From Deltaproteobacteria bacterium GWA2_45_12 (lineage in GTDB: Bacteria > UBA10199), in the NCBI GenBank assembly GCA_001797365.1, contig MGPH01000028.1, forward strand, positions 5,687 to 69,686: a stretch of DNA of 64,000 nucleotides, in the 5' to 3' direction. Numbering within the stretch: position 1 is the stretch's first letter; each line of letters starts with the position of its first letter. The position numbers and the translations under genes are program-made. Positions 7,647 through 16,716 of the stretch are shown one piece after another. The notes below the pieces were generated by a model. The model was not told the DNA's origin. It worked only from the letters and a program-made list of their open reading frames with translations, and did not search any database.

Positions 7647-10600
7647 ACATGGCCTCCCTTTCGGAAATTCCCAATTCCTTCATTTTTTTCCTGATTTCAA
7701 TGAGGGCCGTTTTGTAATCTCTTGGCATTACTTTTACAAATGAAGCCACTTCTTTATTGAAGTTGGCCAAAATTTTCTGAGCAGAAGTACTTTGCGTATA
7801 ATCAAAATGATTTTGAATAAGGTTTTTGAGGGTTAAAATATCATCCTCATCAACAACAGGGTCTAAATCCACCATGTCCGGATTGCAGTTTTGTTTGAAT
7901 GTCTTTTTTGGATCGTAAACATAAGCAACGCCTCCGCTCATGCCCGCAGCAAAATTGCGGCCGGTAGGTCCCAAAACAACCACGCGACCGCCGGTCATGT
8001 ATTCACAGGCATGGTCTCCCACGCCTTCAACCACGGTATGAGCCCCACTGTTACGAACACAAAAACGCTCCCCAGCCACCCCATAAAAATAGGCTTCTCC
8101 TTTGGTCGCTCCATAAAGGACTACATTACCTATGAGGATGTTCTTTTCAGGAACAAAAGGGGATTTTTTGGATGGGTAGATGATGATTTTTCCTCCAGAA
8201 AGCCCTTTACCAACATAATCATTGGCATCGCCTTCCAAGGTAAGAGTGATTCCGGAAGGGAGAAAAGCCCCAAAACTTTGACCAGCCGAACCATTAAACT
8301 TAATAGAGATGGTATCTTCCGGTAACCCATTACTTCCATGAAGACCTGTCAACTCACTTCCTAACATAGTGCCCGTGGTACGGTTGGTATTGTTGATGGG
8401 CATTTCAAAAGCCACTTTCTTCTTGTTTGACAGGGCCGCTCGCGATTTTTCAATTAAAACATTGTCCAAGACTTTGTTCATGCCATGATCTTGCCGGGTA
8501 ACACATCGGATAGCAACTTCAGGTCCAATCTTTTGCTTGTAGAAAATTGATGAAAAATCGAGTCCTTTAGCTTTCCAATGCTCAAGGGCACCATCAACAT
8601 CAAGCAGATCGCTTCTGCCAATCATTTCATTTAAGGTTCTAAACCCAAGTCCGGCCATGATTTCGCGCAATTCCTGGGCGACAAAATAGAAAAAATTCAC
8701 CACGTATTCAGGTTTTCCTGTAAATTTTTTGCGAAGCTCGGGGTTTTGGGTGGCCACACCAACGGGGCAGGTATCCAAGTGACAAACACGCATCATAATG
8801 CACCCCACCGTCACCAGCGGAGCTGTTGCAAATCCAAATTCTTCAGCCCCCAGAAGCGCCCCGATGGCCACATCGCGACCGGTTTTTAATTGGCCATCGA
8901 CTTCCACCCGGATGCGATCACGCAAATTGTTGCGAACTAGGGTTTGCTGGGTCTCAGCCAGGCCCAGTTCCCACGGTGTGCCCGCATGTTTAATGCTTGT
9001 TAAAGGAGAAGCCCCCGTTCCTCCGTCATAACCGGCGATAAGAACAAGGTCGGCGTGCGCTTTGGCCACACCGGCAGCCACCGTGCCCACGCCCACTTCG
9101 GAAACCAGTTTGACACTGACACCGGCCCTTGGATTAGAATTTTTTAAATCAAAAATAAGCTGGGCCAAATCCTCAATGGAATAAATATCGTGATGGGGTG
9201 GGGGAGAAATAAGCCCGACTCCAGGAGTTGAATAACGAACTTTTGCAATCCAAGGCCATACTTTTTTACCCGGAAGCTGACCGCCTTCGCCGGGTTTGGC
9301 TCCCTGGGCAATCTTAATCTGCAGCTCATCGGCATTGACTAGATATTCGCTTGTTACTCCAAAACGTCCAGAAGCCACCTGTTTAATGGCACTGCGCCGG
9401 AGATCACCATTGGCATCGGGTTTAAAGCGAGCAGGGTCCTCACCACCTTCCCCGGTATTTGATTTGCCGCCCATGCGGTTCATGGCGATGGCCAATGTTT
9501 CGTGGGCTTCTTTACTGATGGAACCATAGGACATGGCTCCTGTTTTGAAATGTTTGACGATACTTTCAACCGATTCAACTTGGTCTAAGGCAATGGGATT
9601 GGATTTCTTGAATTTAAAAAGCCCGCGTAAAGTACATAATTTTTTGGCCTGGTTATTAACCAGGGCGGCATATTCCTTGTACACGTCATAGCGGTTGGAC
9701 TTGGCGGCATATTGAAGCTTGGCCACGGTATCCGGATTTAACAAATGGGCTTCCCCGTCACGCCGCCATTGATAGCTTCCCCCCGGTTCAAGCATGGGGT
9801 CCTGTGAAAGGCGTTCGGGGAAGGCGCGACGATGGTTTATAAGCACTTCACGGCCTATTTCTTCCAACCCGATTCCTTCAATGCGGGAAGCTGTGTGGGT
9901 AAAATAGTCATCAATGACTTCCTTGTTTAATCCGATGGCTTCAAATATTTGGGCCCCGCGATAACTTTGAATTGTGGAAATGCCCATTTTGGACATCACC
10001 TTGACCAACCCTTTTTTGACCGCTTTTCGGAAATGGGCCACCGCTTTCTCGTGGGGCATTTCCAATGTTTTTTCACGAATAAGATCATCAAATGTTTCAA
10101 ACGCCAAATAGGGGTTGATCGCTCCGGCCCCGTAACCGACCAACAGACAGAAATGATGGGATTCGCGCGGTTCCCCTGTTTCCAGTACAAGGCCTGTTTT
10201 GGTTCGCTCGCCCTTACGCACAAGAAAATGATGCAATCCGGCTGTAGCCAAAAGGGATGGAATGGGAGCCAAGTCGTGACTCACACCACGGTCGGACAAA
10301 ATGATGATGTTGGCCCCTTGATGAATGGCTTGCAGGGCCTGTTTGAAAATATTCTGAAGACTTTTTTCCAGCCCTTTGACTCCTTCAGAGGCCGTAAACA
10401 GCATGGGAATGGTTTTTGACTTGAACCCCTGATGCTCATTGTCTTCAAGTTGTTTGAGGCGTGCCAGTTCGTCGTTGTCGATGATGGGATTGACCAGTTT
10501 TATTTGATGACAGCTTTGCTCGCCCGGATTGAGCAAATTACCCTCGGCCCCAATGCTTGTGTCCACCGAAGTGACCAATTCTTCACGGATGGCATCAAGG

Positions 10601-12213
10601 GGTGGGTTGGTGACCTGGGCAAAAAGTTGCTTAAAATAAGAAAACAGATTTTGGGGACGTTCGGACAAAACGGCCAAGGGAGCGTCATTCCCCATGGAAC
10701 CAATGGCTTCTTCGGCATTTTGCGCCATGGGCAGCATGAGAAGGCGGACATCTTCTTGGGAATATCCAAAAAGAATTTGGCGTTGGGTGATTCCTTTGTG
10801 GTTGGTTTCGGGCATGGTCTTGGCTTTGGGCAGATTTTCAAGAGGAATCAGATTGTTTTGAAGCCATGTTCCATAAGGGTTTTGGGAAACAAGCTTTGTT
10901 TTTAATTCTTCGTCGTCAATGATGCGGCCGGCTTGGATATCCACAAGAAACATGCGCCCTGGTTGTAAGCGACCTTTCAGGACAATATTTTCAGGGGGAA
11001 TATCAAGAACCCCCACTTCGGAAGCCATGATGACCAAATCATCTTTGGTGACATAATAGCGGGAAGGTCGCAGACCGTTACGATCTAAAATAGCCCCAAT
11101 CATTTTTCCGTCTGTAAAGGCAATCGAGGCAGGACCATCCCAGGGTTCCATCAGGCAGGAATGATATTCATAAAAATCTTTTTTGGCCTGACTCATGGTG
11201 GTATGCCCGCTCCAAGCTTCCGGGATCATCATCATGACAGCATGGGGCAGGCTATAGCCCCCCATCACCAACATCTCGAGGGCATTATCAAAACTAGCTG
11301 AGTCGGAACCGCCTTCCCGGATGACCGGCAACACCTTTTCAATTTCATTTCCAAAAAGGGGCGATTTAAAAAGCGCCTCACGGGCACGCATCCAGTTTAT
11401 GTTTCCGCGCAAAGTGTTGATTTCGCCGTTGTGACAGATGTAGCGAAAAGGGTGGGCCAACTCCCAATTGGGAAATGTATTTGTGCTGAAACGCGAATGA
11501 ACAATGGCCAAGGCCGATTTAAAATGAGGATCGGCAAGATCAGGAAAATAAGGGCCCAATTGGTTTGAAATGAGCATCCCCTTGTAAACAAGGGTGTGGT
11601 TTGAAAGGGAAGGAATATAAAAAGCCTTGGAATTTTTCAGCCCTGATTCTTTGATGGCACTTTCAAAAGTCTTGCGAATGATAAACAGGCGTCGTTCGAA
11701 AGCGACACTTTCTTCACCTGGAAGAAGAGGGCCTTTTTTCCCCATGCCCACAAAAACCTGCTTCATGTGGGGCATGGCTTCCAGGGCGGTTTTCCCAAGC
11801 ATGGTGGGATTTACGGGGACATCCCGCCAGCCAAGAATTTCCTGTTTTTGTTCTTTGATGATTTTTTCCAAAAGCTTCATGCCGGCGCTTTGCTGATGGG
11901 AATCTTGGGGCATGAAAACAAAGCCAACACCATAATGGCCTTCCGAGGGCAAAGAGATTTTAAGGTTTTTGGCCTCACGGTTTAAGAATTCGTGGGGGAG
12001 TTGAATGACAATGCCGGCCCCATCGCCTGTGTTTGTTTCGCAACCACAAGCCCCACGATGCTCAAGATTGCTTAAGGCCTGAAGGGCTTTTTGAATGATA
12101 TCGTGGGATTTTTTTCCCTTCATGTGGACGACAAAGCTCACCCCGCAAGCATCATGCTCAAAGGCAGGGGAATACAATCCCTCGGTGATATTGGGTTTTG
12201 AACTTGTCGCCAT
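7639..12213 (-). CDS. gltB: Glutamate synthase large (alpha) subunit
   Basis: [52 protein letters not shown]. Confidence 0.98.
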   Translation of the reverse strand: MATSSKPNITEGLYSPAFEHDACGVSFVVHMKGKKSHDIIQKALQALSNLEHRGACGCETNTGDGAGIVIQLPHEFLNREAKNLKISLPSEGHYGVGFVFMPQDSHQQSAGMKLLEKIIKEQKQEILGWRDVPVNPTMLGKTALEAMPHMKQVFVGMGKKGPLLPGEESVAFERRLFIIRKTFESAIKESGLKNSKAFYIPSLSNHTLVYKGMLISNQLGPYFPDLADPHFKSALAIVHSRFSTNTFPNWELAHPFRYICHNGEINTLRGNINWMRAREALFKSPLFGNEIEKVLPVIREGGSDSASFDNALEMLVMGGYSLPHAVMMMIPEAWSGHTTMSQAKKDFYEYHSCLMEPWDGPASIAFTDGKMIGAILDRNGLRPSRYYVTKDDLVIMASEVGVLDIPPENIVLKGRLQPGRMFLVDIQAGRIIDDEELKTKLVSQNPYGTWLQNNLIPLENLPKAKTMPETNHKGITQRQILFGYSQEDVRLLMLPMAQNAEEAIGSMGNDAPLAVLSERPQNLFSYFKQLFAQVTNPPLDAIREELVTSVDTSIGAEGNLLNPGEQSCHQIKLVNPIIDNDELARLKQLEDNEHQGFKSKTIPMLFTASEGVKGLEKSLQNIFKQALQAIHQGANIIILSDRGVSHDLAPIPSLLATAGLHHFLVRKGERTKTGLVLETGEPRESHHFCLLVGYGAGAINPYLAFETFDDLIREKTLEMPHEKAVAHFRKAVKKGLVKVMSKMGISTIQSYRGAQIFEAIGLNKEVIDDYFTHTASRIEGIGLEEIGREVLINHRRAFPERLSQDPMLEPGGSYQWRRDGEAHLLNPDTVAKLQYAAKSNRYDVYKEYAALVNNQAKKLCTLRGLFKFKKSNPIALDQVESVESIVKHFKTGAMSYGSISKEAHETLAIAMNRMGGKSNTGEGGEDPARFKPDANGDLRRSAIKQVASGRFGVTSEYLVNADELQIKIAQGAKPGEGGQLPGKKVWPWIAKVRYSTPGVGLISPPPHHDIYSIEDLAQLIFDLKNSNPRAGVSVKLVSEVGVGTVAAGVAKAHADLVLIAGYDGGTGASPLTSIKHAGTPWELGLAETQQTLVRNNLRDRIRVEVDGQLKTGRDVAIGALLGAEEFGFATAPLVTVGCIMMRVCHLDTCPVGVATQNPELRKKFTGKPEYVVNFFYFVAQELREIMAGLGFRTLNEMIGRSDLLDVDGALEHWKAKGLDFSSIFYKQKIGPEVAIRCVTRQDHGMNKVLDNVLIEKSRAALSNKKKVAFEMPINNTNRTTGTMLGSELTGLHGSNGLPEDTISIKFNGSAGQSFGAFLPSGITLTLEGDANDYVGKGLSGGKIIIYPSKKSPFVPEKNILIGNVVLYGATKGEAYFYGVAGERFCVRNSGAHTVVEGVGDHACEYMTGGRVVVLGPTGRNFAAGMSGGVAYVYDPKKTFKQNCNPDMVDLDPVVDEDDILTLKNLIQNHFDYTQSTSAQKILANFNKEVASFVKVMPRDYKTALIEIRKKMKELGISEREAMYG

Positions 12214-12293
12214 AAGCTAAGAATTAATTAAAAATTCCCTTAAGAACCAAACGTGGCAAAGGGAGCCACTTATTTCTTAAAAAGGGAAGGATT

Positions 12294-13100
12294 TCAAGGC
12301 AATTTTTCAGATTTCTCCGTTTTTTTACGGTGCAATACCCAAAAAAGAGGAAGCGCGATCCAGGCAAGATCGGCCAAGGCCAGGAACCATTGGCGAAGGA
12401 AAAGAGTGATCAGCCAATTGAACGCAAAAATTCCGAAATATAAATAAACACCGTAGGGGCGCTGCTTGCTGCGCCCATCATACGGCAAATTGCGGGCGCA
12501 GCAAGCAGCGCCCCTACACAAAAGAATATTTATTCCCACAATCAAGAACGCCGTTAAAAACCAACCGGCAAAATTGAAGAAGGGGATGCCAAAATAAAAA
12601 CCGGGATGGGGGTAGTGGTAAATCTTTCCCAAAAACCATTGTTCTCCCATGTTGGATAAAGGATCGACAATGATATCGAGAATGGTGGTGAAAAGGGCGG
12701 CGAGGAGGGGAAGACGTAGCTCGTGAGTTCGTAAGCTCGTCGCTCGTCGCTCGTCATTCGGGGTCCCCGTATTACGAGCAACGAGCAACGAGCGACGAGC
12801 AACGAACTCCGCCACACTATACCCCGCAAAACAAAGAAAGACATAAGACATCGAATCCCAAACGGGGACACCCCAATTAAGCCATTCCCCTTGAAGGTTT
12901 TCATAAATATAAAAATACCATCCATAGGGAAAACCGGTTCGAATCGAAAGCCCTTCAGAAATCCATGCGATGAAATAACCGACAATCAAAAACTGAAACG
13001 TAAAACGCCACCCGTGACTGCGTATGGCAATGAAAAGATAAGTGAGTAAAAAAAGAGTGACATACCACCGGTGCGAGAATGTGTAGAAAAGAATATCCAT
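12294..13100 (-). CDS. CruF/DUF422-like membrane protein (isoprenoid hydratase family) with two in-frame repeat insertions
   Basis: SEGLSIRTGFPYGWYFY, GVPVW, DIIVDP, YFGIPFFNFAGWF. Confidence 0.75.
   Translation of the reverse strand: MDILFYTFSHRWYVTLFLLTYLFIAIRSHGWRFTFQFLIVGYFIAWISEGLSIRTGFPYGWYFYIYENLQGEWLNWGVPVWDSMSYVFLCFAGYSVAEFVARRSLLVARNTGTPNDERRATSLRTHELRLPLLAALFTTILDIIVDPLSNMGEQWFLGKIYHYPHPGFYFGIPFFNFAGWFLTAFLIVGINILLCRGAACCARNLPYDGRSKQRPYGVYLYFGIFAFNWLITLFLRQWFLALADLAWIALPLFWVLHRKKTEKSEKLP
12453..12517. repeat. Inverted GTAG-REP doublet inside the CruF-like gene
   Basis: gtaggggcgctgcttgctgcgccc...gggcgcagcaagcagcgcccctac. Confidence 0.85.
12715..12807. repeat. Inverted arrays of a heptamer (gctcgtc / acgagcr) inside the CruF-like gene
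   Basis: gctcgtcgctcgtcgctcgtc ... acgagcaacgagcaacgagcgacgagcaacgaac. Confidence 0.75.
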
Positions 13101-13103
13101 TTT

Positions 13104-13169
13104 GTAGGGGCGCCGCTTGCCGCGCCCATTATTGGAAAAACATTAGGGCGCGGCAAGCAGCGCCCCTAC
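13104..13169. repeat. Inverted GTAG-REP doublet overlapping the 3' end of the HpnA-like gene
   Basis: gtaggggcgccgcttgccgcgccc...gggcgcggcaagcagcgcccctac; encodes the terminal VGALLAAP. Confidence 0.85.
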
Positions 13170-14162
13170 GGTATATTGTTTCACCTGAATTTTTAGGGCC
13201 TCATCAATGGAATGACAGGAAAACCCCAATTCGTTTTTAGCCTTGGTGGTATCCATATAAAAAGGAATCCTGACAGAACGTATTCCTTCAAGAGTTCCCA
13301 AGGGAGTGTTGCCGGTAAATAAAGCCAGTTTTTCCATAAGTCCACTTGTAAGGCAGGCCAACCCATACGGAATTTTAAAACCCAATCTGGCTTGATGGGA
13401 ATTGGCCGCCACTTTCTTGTAAAAGATTTCAAAGCTTAGATTGGGGCCCCCCAAGATATACCGATGGCCCCTTAACCCGTCTTGCATGGCTTGAAGATGA
13501 CCTTTCACCAAGCTGCGCACATCCACCATGTTAAACCCGGTGGGGTAATAAAAACGCCCCATTTTTTTTTGAAGAATCATCCGGATGAGAAATCCCACAG
13601 GGCTTGGCAAAAAATCTCCGGGGCCCACGGGCATGGTGGGGTTTACAATGACGGCATGACGTTTCTGGGCATATTCCAAAACTATTTTTTCTGCGGCAAT
13701 TTTGCTTCGGGTATAAGGGCCGGGAGCATTGCTTTCTTCCAGAAGATGGTTTTCGGAAGCAGTGGGGTTTTGGTTGGTTCTTTTCAGAACTTCAGAAGAG
13801 CTTGTATGAACCAAGCCTTCAACATGATGTTTTAAGCAGGCATCACAGACATGTTGGGTCCCCTTGATGTTGATTTCTTCATGGTCTTTTCTTCGTTTTG
13901 TCCCCAAATGACTCAAGGCTGCCAAATGAAAAACATGGGAGGCTCCGGAAACAGCCTTGGACACATCGTTTTTGTTTCGAATGTCCCCCAAAAAAATTTC
14001 CAGACGATTACTTGCCAAAATAGGGTTTCCATTTTCAGGGTGGCGTAAAGGATCCGAGGGCAACATAAAAGCCCTAATGCGACTTTGGGTTGATTTGAGA
14101 AGATGAAGAATGAGATTGGAGCCGATAAAACCGCTGGCCCCCGTGACAAGGATGAGTTTCAT
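13143..14162 (-). CDS. HpnA-like NAD-dependent epimerase / dihydroflavonol reductase family
   Basis: VTGASGFIG, FHLAA, YTRSK, VNPTMPVGPGD, RYILGG; ATGA overlap with the upstream gene. Confidence 0.8.
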   Translation of the reverse strand: MKLILVTGASGFIGSNLILHLLKSTQSRIRAFMLPSDPLRHPENGNPILASNRLEIFLGDIRNKNDVSKAVSGASHVFHLAALSHLGTKRRKDHEEINIKGTQHVCDACLKHHVEGLVHTSSSEVLKRTNQNPTASENHLLEESNAPGPYTRSKIAAEKIVLEYAQKRHAVIVNPTMPVGPGDFLPSPVGFLIRMILQKKMGRFYYPTGFNMVDVRSLVKGHLQAMQDGLRGHRYILGGPNLSFEIFYKKVAANSHQARLGFKIPYGLACLTSGLMEKLALFTGNTPLGTLEGIRSVRIPFYMDTTKAKNELGFSCHSIDEALKIQVKQYTVGALLAAP

Positions 14163-15187
14163 GATTTTTCTTCTTCGTAGCTGGCACGGATCATCTTGAT
14201 GAAAACCTGAAGAAGGGCCGGGTCCCACTGTCCCGAGCTTAATTCTCTTTCAAAGATGGCGGCTGATTGAATGGGAGAAATGCCCTTGCGATAGGGGCGG
14301 TTGGAGGTCATGGCGTCAAAGGCATCGGTAATGGCACAAATGCGGGCGCCCAGAAAAATCTCTTCGCCTTTTTGGCCGTCAGGGTCTCCCTTGCCATCCC
14401 AACGTTCATGGTGGTTGCGAATGATGGGAAGCAGGGTTTTAAATGATTTGAGATTTTTGCAGATTTCGTAGCCGCGGGTGGGGTGTGTGCGGATATGCGC
14501 AATTTCTTCCTGGGTCAGTTTGGTTTCTTTATTCAGGATGGCTTCCTTGACTCCCACTTTTCCGATATCGTGCAATAAGGCACCGCGTTTTAAGTCTTCC
14601 AACTCTTGTTCGGCCAAGCCCAGTTGTTTCCCCAAGAGGACGGAATATTTTGAAACGCGTTCCGAATGGCCGCGCGTATACACATCTTTGGCTTCCAAAG
14701 CGTCTGCCAATGTAAAAACAACCGACTCGCAACTATCCAGTTCATTATAAAGTTGCTTTACACGAATAAGCGACTTAACCCGGCTGATGAGTTCCAGCTT
14801 GTTATAGGGTTTCATCAAAAAATCATCCGAACCAAGTTCAATGGCCTTGATTTTGTCATCAATTTCCTTGAGGGCTGTCACAATAATGATGGGGATAAAT
14901 TGGGTTTCGGGGTTACTTTTCAGAAGCCGGCATACCTCATAGCCGCTCATGCGCGGCATCATTAAATCCAATAGAATTATGTCGGGAGGATCTTTTTTGA
15001 CACATTCCAAGGCATCTTCCCCGCCATAGCACTTGGTGATGGCATAGTTAAAAGGTTTAAGCTGCACGGAGATAAGTTCAACATTGGTGGGATTATCGTC
15101 CACAACCAGCACTTTGGGCCGATTATCTGTTGATTTATTAAGGAGGGGAACATCGATGCTGGCAGGGTTTTGCATAAGTTCAGGCAT
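14159..15187 (-). CDS. Response regulator with HD-GYP phosphodiesterase domain
   Basis: VVDDN...LLDLMMP receiver; TRGHSERV, LHDIGK, HHERWDGKGDPDG, DAFDAMTSNRPY. Confidence 0.92.
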   Translation of the reverse strand: MPELMQNPASIDVPLLNKSTDNRPKVLVVDDNPTNVELISVQLKPFNYAITKCYGGEDALECVKKDPPDIILLDLMMPRMSGYEVCRLLKSNPETQFIPIIIVTALKEIDDKIKAIELGSDDFLMKPYNKLELISRVKSLIRVKQLYNELDSCESVVFTLADALEAKDVYTRGHSERVSKYSVLLGKQLGLAEQELEDLKRGALLHDIGKVGVKEAILNKETKLTQEEIAHIRTHPTRGYEICKNLKSFKTLLPIIRNHHERWDGKGDPDGQKGEEIFLGARICAITDAFDAMTSNRPYRKGISPIQSAAIFERELSSGQWDPALLQVFIKMIRASYEEEKS

Positions 15188-15238
15188 TTTAGAAGATTCA
15201 AGCTTGAACTAAAAGGCTTTTTTTTGTAAGAAGGGGGC

Positions 15239-15571
15239 ATGTTTAAGCTTATCAAGTTTGTTTTTTGGGTTTGTGCTGTCATTATCCTTGCTTACTTCAT
15301 GACGGATATTCGTATTGGAGGTAAAACAATCAAGGAAAATGTGGATGAGTTTTTCAAATCTCCCCAGGGGGAAGGTTTGAGTGAAAAAGCCAAAACCTGG
15401 GTGGAGGAGAAAATAGAATTTGTCTTTGGAAACATGACGAAGGGGAAGGTGATGCAAACCATTGAAGAACACCAAGACATTTTGGATGAACCGAAAAAAA
15501 AATCCCCCGAGGAGATCGAACAAGATGACCGAAGCAAGCTTAAAGATATTTTTCGTGAGAATACCAAATGA
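15239..15571 (+). CDS. Hypothetical protein with an N-terminal membrane anchor
   Basis: GGGGG RBS; hydrophobic N-terminus and charged C-terminus. Confidence 0.65.
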   Translation: MFKLIKFVFWVCAVIILAYFMTDIRIGGKTIKENVDEFFKSPQGEGLSEKAKTWVEEKIEFVFGNMTKGKVMQTIEEHQDILDEPKKKSPEEIEQDDRSKLKDIFRENTK

Positions 15572-15576
15572 AGCTT

Positions 15577-15706
15577 CCCGCGGCAAGCTGCGGGGTATCA
15601 AAGCGGAATTGCGCCATAGCCAACCCGCCTTCGCTACAGCTTCGGCGCGGTTCGCATCTTTTGGAAACCCTGCAGCAAGCTGCGGGGTATTGGCGGAGGC
15701 GAATAA
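15577..15706. repeat. Composite element: two cc(c/t)gc(g/a)gcaagctgcggggtat direct repeats around a ccgccttcgctacagcttcggcgcgg hairpin
   Basis: Direct repeats at 15577-15598 and 15668-15690. Confidence 0.7.
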
Positions 15707-15721
15707 CAAAGGAGATAAAAA

Positions 15722-15976
15722 ATGACTGAAGTTCAATCATGTAAAGTAGACAAATGCAAACGTACCTACCGTGCCAAGGGTTACTGCGATACACATTTTA
15801 AAAAATGGCGCCGCGGTGAATTAGCTAAGGCTCCCTATAAAACCTGCAATCAGGAAAATTGTCGAAAGAAACAGCATTTAAAAGGTTTGTGCCAAGATCA
15901 TTTTAATGCGGCGTACAAAAAAGAGGTCGGTGCCCCTGCGGTGGCTGAAGCGGCCCCAAGCGCCCCTGCTTCTTAA
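15722..15976 (+). CDS. Small basic protein with two C-x4-C-x9-C-x2-H repeats, resembling myxobacterial vegetative-protein (VegA-like) zinc fingers
   Basis: CKVDKCKRTYRAKGYCDTH and CNQENCRKKQHLKGLCQDH; AAAGGAG RBS. Confidence 0.75.
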   Translation: MTEVQSCKVDKCKRTYRAKGYCDTHFKKWRRGELAKAPYKTCNQENCRKKQHLKGLCQDHFNAAYKKEVGAPAVAEAAPSAPAS

Positions 15977-15990
15977 ATTTTAAGAAGTGG

Positions 15991-16326
15991 ATGTCTTTTA
16001 AAAAACAGAAAATATTTTTTTTAGTTCTTGTTTTTTTGTCTGTCACTTCCGTGGCCGAAGCTTTTTGTCCAAGGAATACCCCTTCCCGTGTCGCCAATAA
16101 ATTTGAAAGACATTACGATACCGACGGAGATGGTTGCCTTAATTTTGCAGAAAGGGGACGTTACAGAACGCACCAGATTTTAGGTTGGGAATTGGCCGAC
16201 ACCAAAAAGAAAAAGAAGCATGATCTTAACAAAGACATGATGCTTAACCCGTACGAATGGCAAAAATATCAGGAAGACTTAAAGAACGATCCCAAAGTAA
16301 ACCTGCTGCCACTGTTGCTACTTTGA
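15991..16326 (+). CDS. Secreted protein with EF-hand-like loops
   Basis: Signal peptide ending AEA; DTDGDGCLNFAE and DLNKDMMLNPYE. Confidence 0.6.
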   Translation: MSFKKQKIFFLVLVFLSVTSVAEAFCPRNTPSRVANKFERHYDTDGDGCLNFAERGRYRTHQILGWELADTKKKKKHDLNKDMMLNPYEWQKYQEDLKNDPKVNLLPLLLL

Positions 16327-16349
16327 CTATTAATGACAGATCCGGGAAC

Positions 16350-16439
16350 AAATCCCCCTTAATCCCCCTTTTTTAAAGGGGGAGAAAACATGGGGCCCGT
16401 ATCGTCCCCCTTTAAAAAAGGGGGATTCCAGGGGGATTT
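16350..16439. repeat. Inverted doublet of CCCCCTTT...AAAGGGGG hairpins
   Basis: aaatccccc-ttaa-tcccccttttttaaaggggga ... tccccctttaaaaaagggggattccagggggattt. Confidence 0.8.
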
Positions 16440-16520
16440 TACCCGAATCCATACCTTTTGCTTGACGAAAGAGAGCCTCATCCGTTATCTGTTTCCCCCC
16501 TTTGTTTTTGATTTTTTTTG

Positions 16521-16595
16521 CGGGGCGTAGCGCAGCCCGGCTAGCGCACTCCCTTGGGGTGGGAGTGGTCGCAGGTTCAAATCCTGTCGCCCCGA
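16521..16595 (+). tRNA. tRNA-Pro (anticodon GGG); CCA not encoded
   Basis: Acceptor CGGGGCG/CGCCCCG-A; anticodon arm CTCCC-TTGGGGT-GGGAG; T loop GGTTCAAATCC. Confidence 0.95.
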
Positions 16596-16676
16596 CATTT
16601 GAGTGGTCGTCCGCCGAAGGCGGATCGCCCCGACATTTGAGTGGTCGTCCGCCGAAGGCGGATCGCCCCGACATTT
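16587..16676 (+). repeat. 38-bp tandem repeat (2 units plus 14 nt) derived from the tRNA 3' end
   Basis: tcgccccgacatttgagtggtcgtccgccgaaggcgga at 16587 and 16625; partial unit at 16663. Confidence 0.9.
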
Positions 16677-16677
16677 T

Positions 16678-16706
16678 GTAGGGACCCCGTAACGCGGGGT
16701 CCCTAC
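16678..16706. repeat. Perfect GTAG...CTAC hairpin
   Basis: gtagggaccccg-taacg-cggggtccctac. Confidence 0.8.
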
Positions 16707-16716
16707 ATTCAATCCC

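Noticed and set aside
15209..15794. ORFs of 175, 87 and 84 aa overlapping the 15577-15706 element
   Set aside because: Repeat-derived or antisense frames overlapping better-supported genes
16587..16676. Possible mini CRISPR array
   Set aside because: The intervening sequences are identical, the repeat derives from the tRNA 3' end, and no cas genes are present
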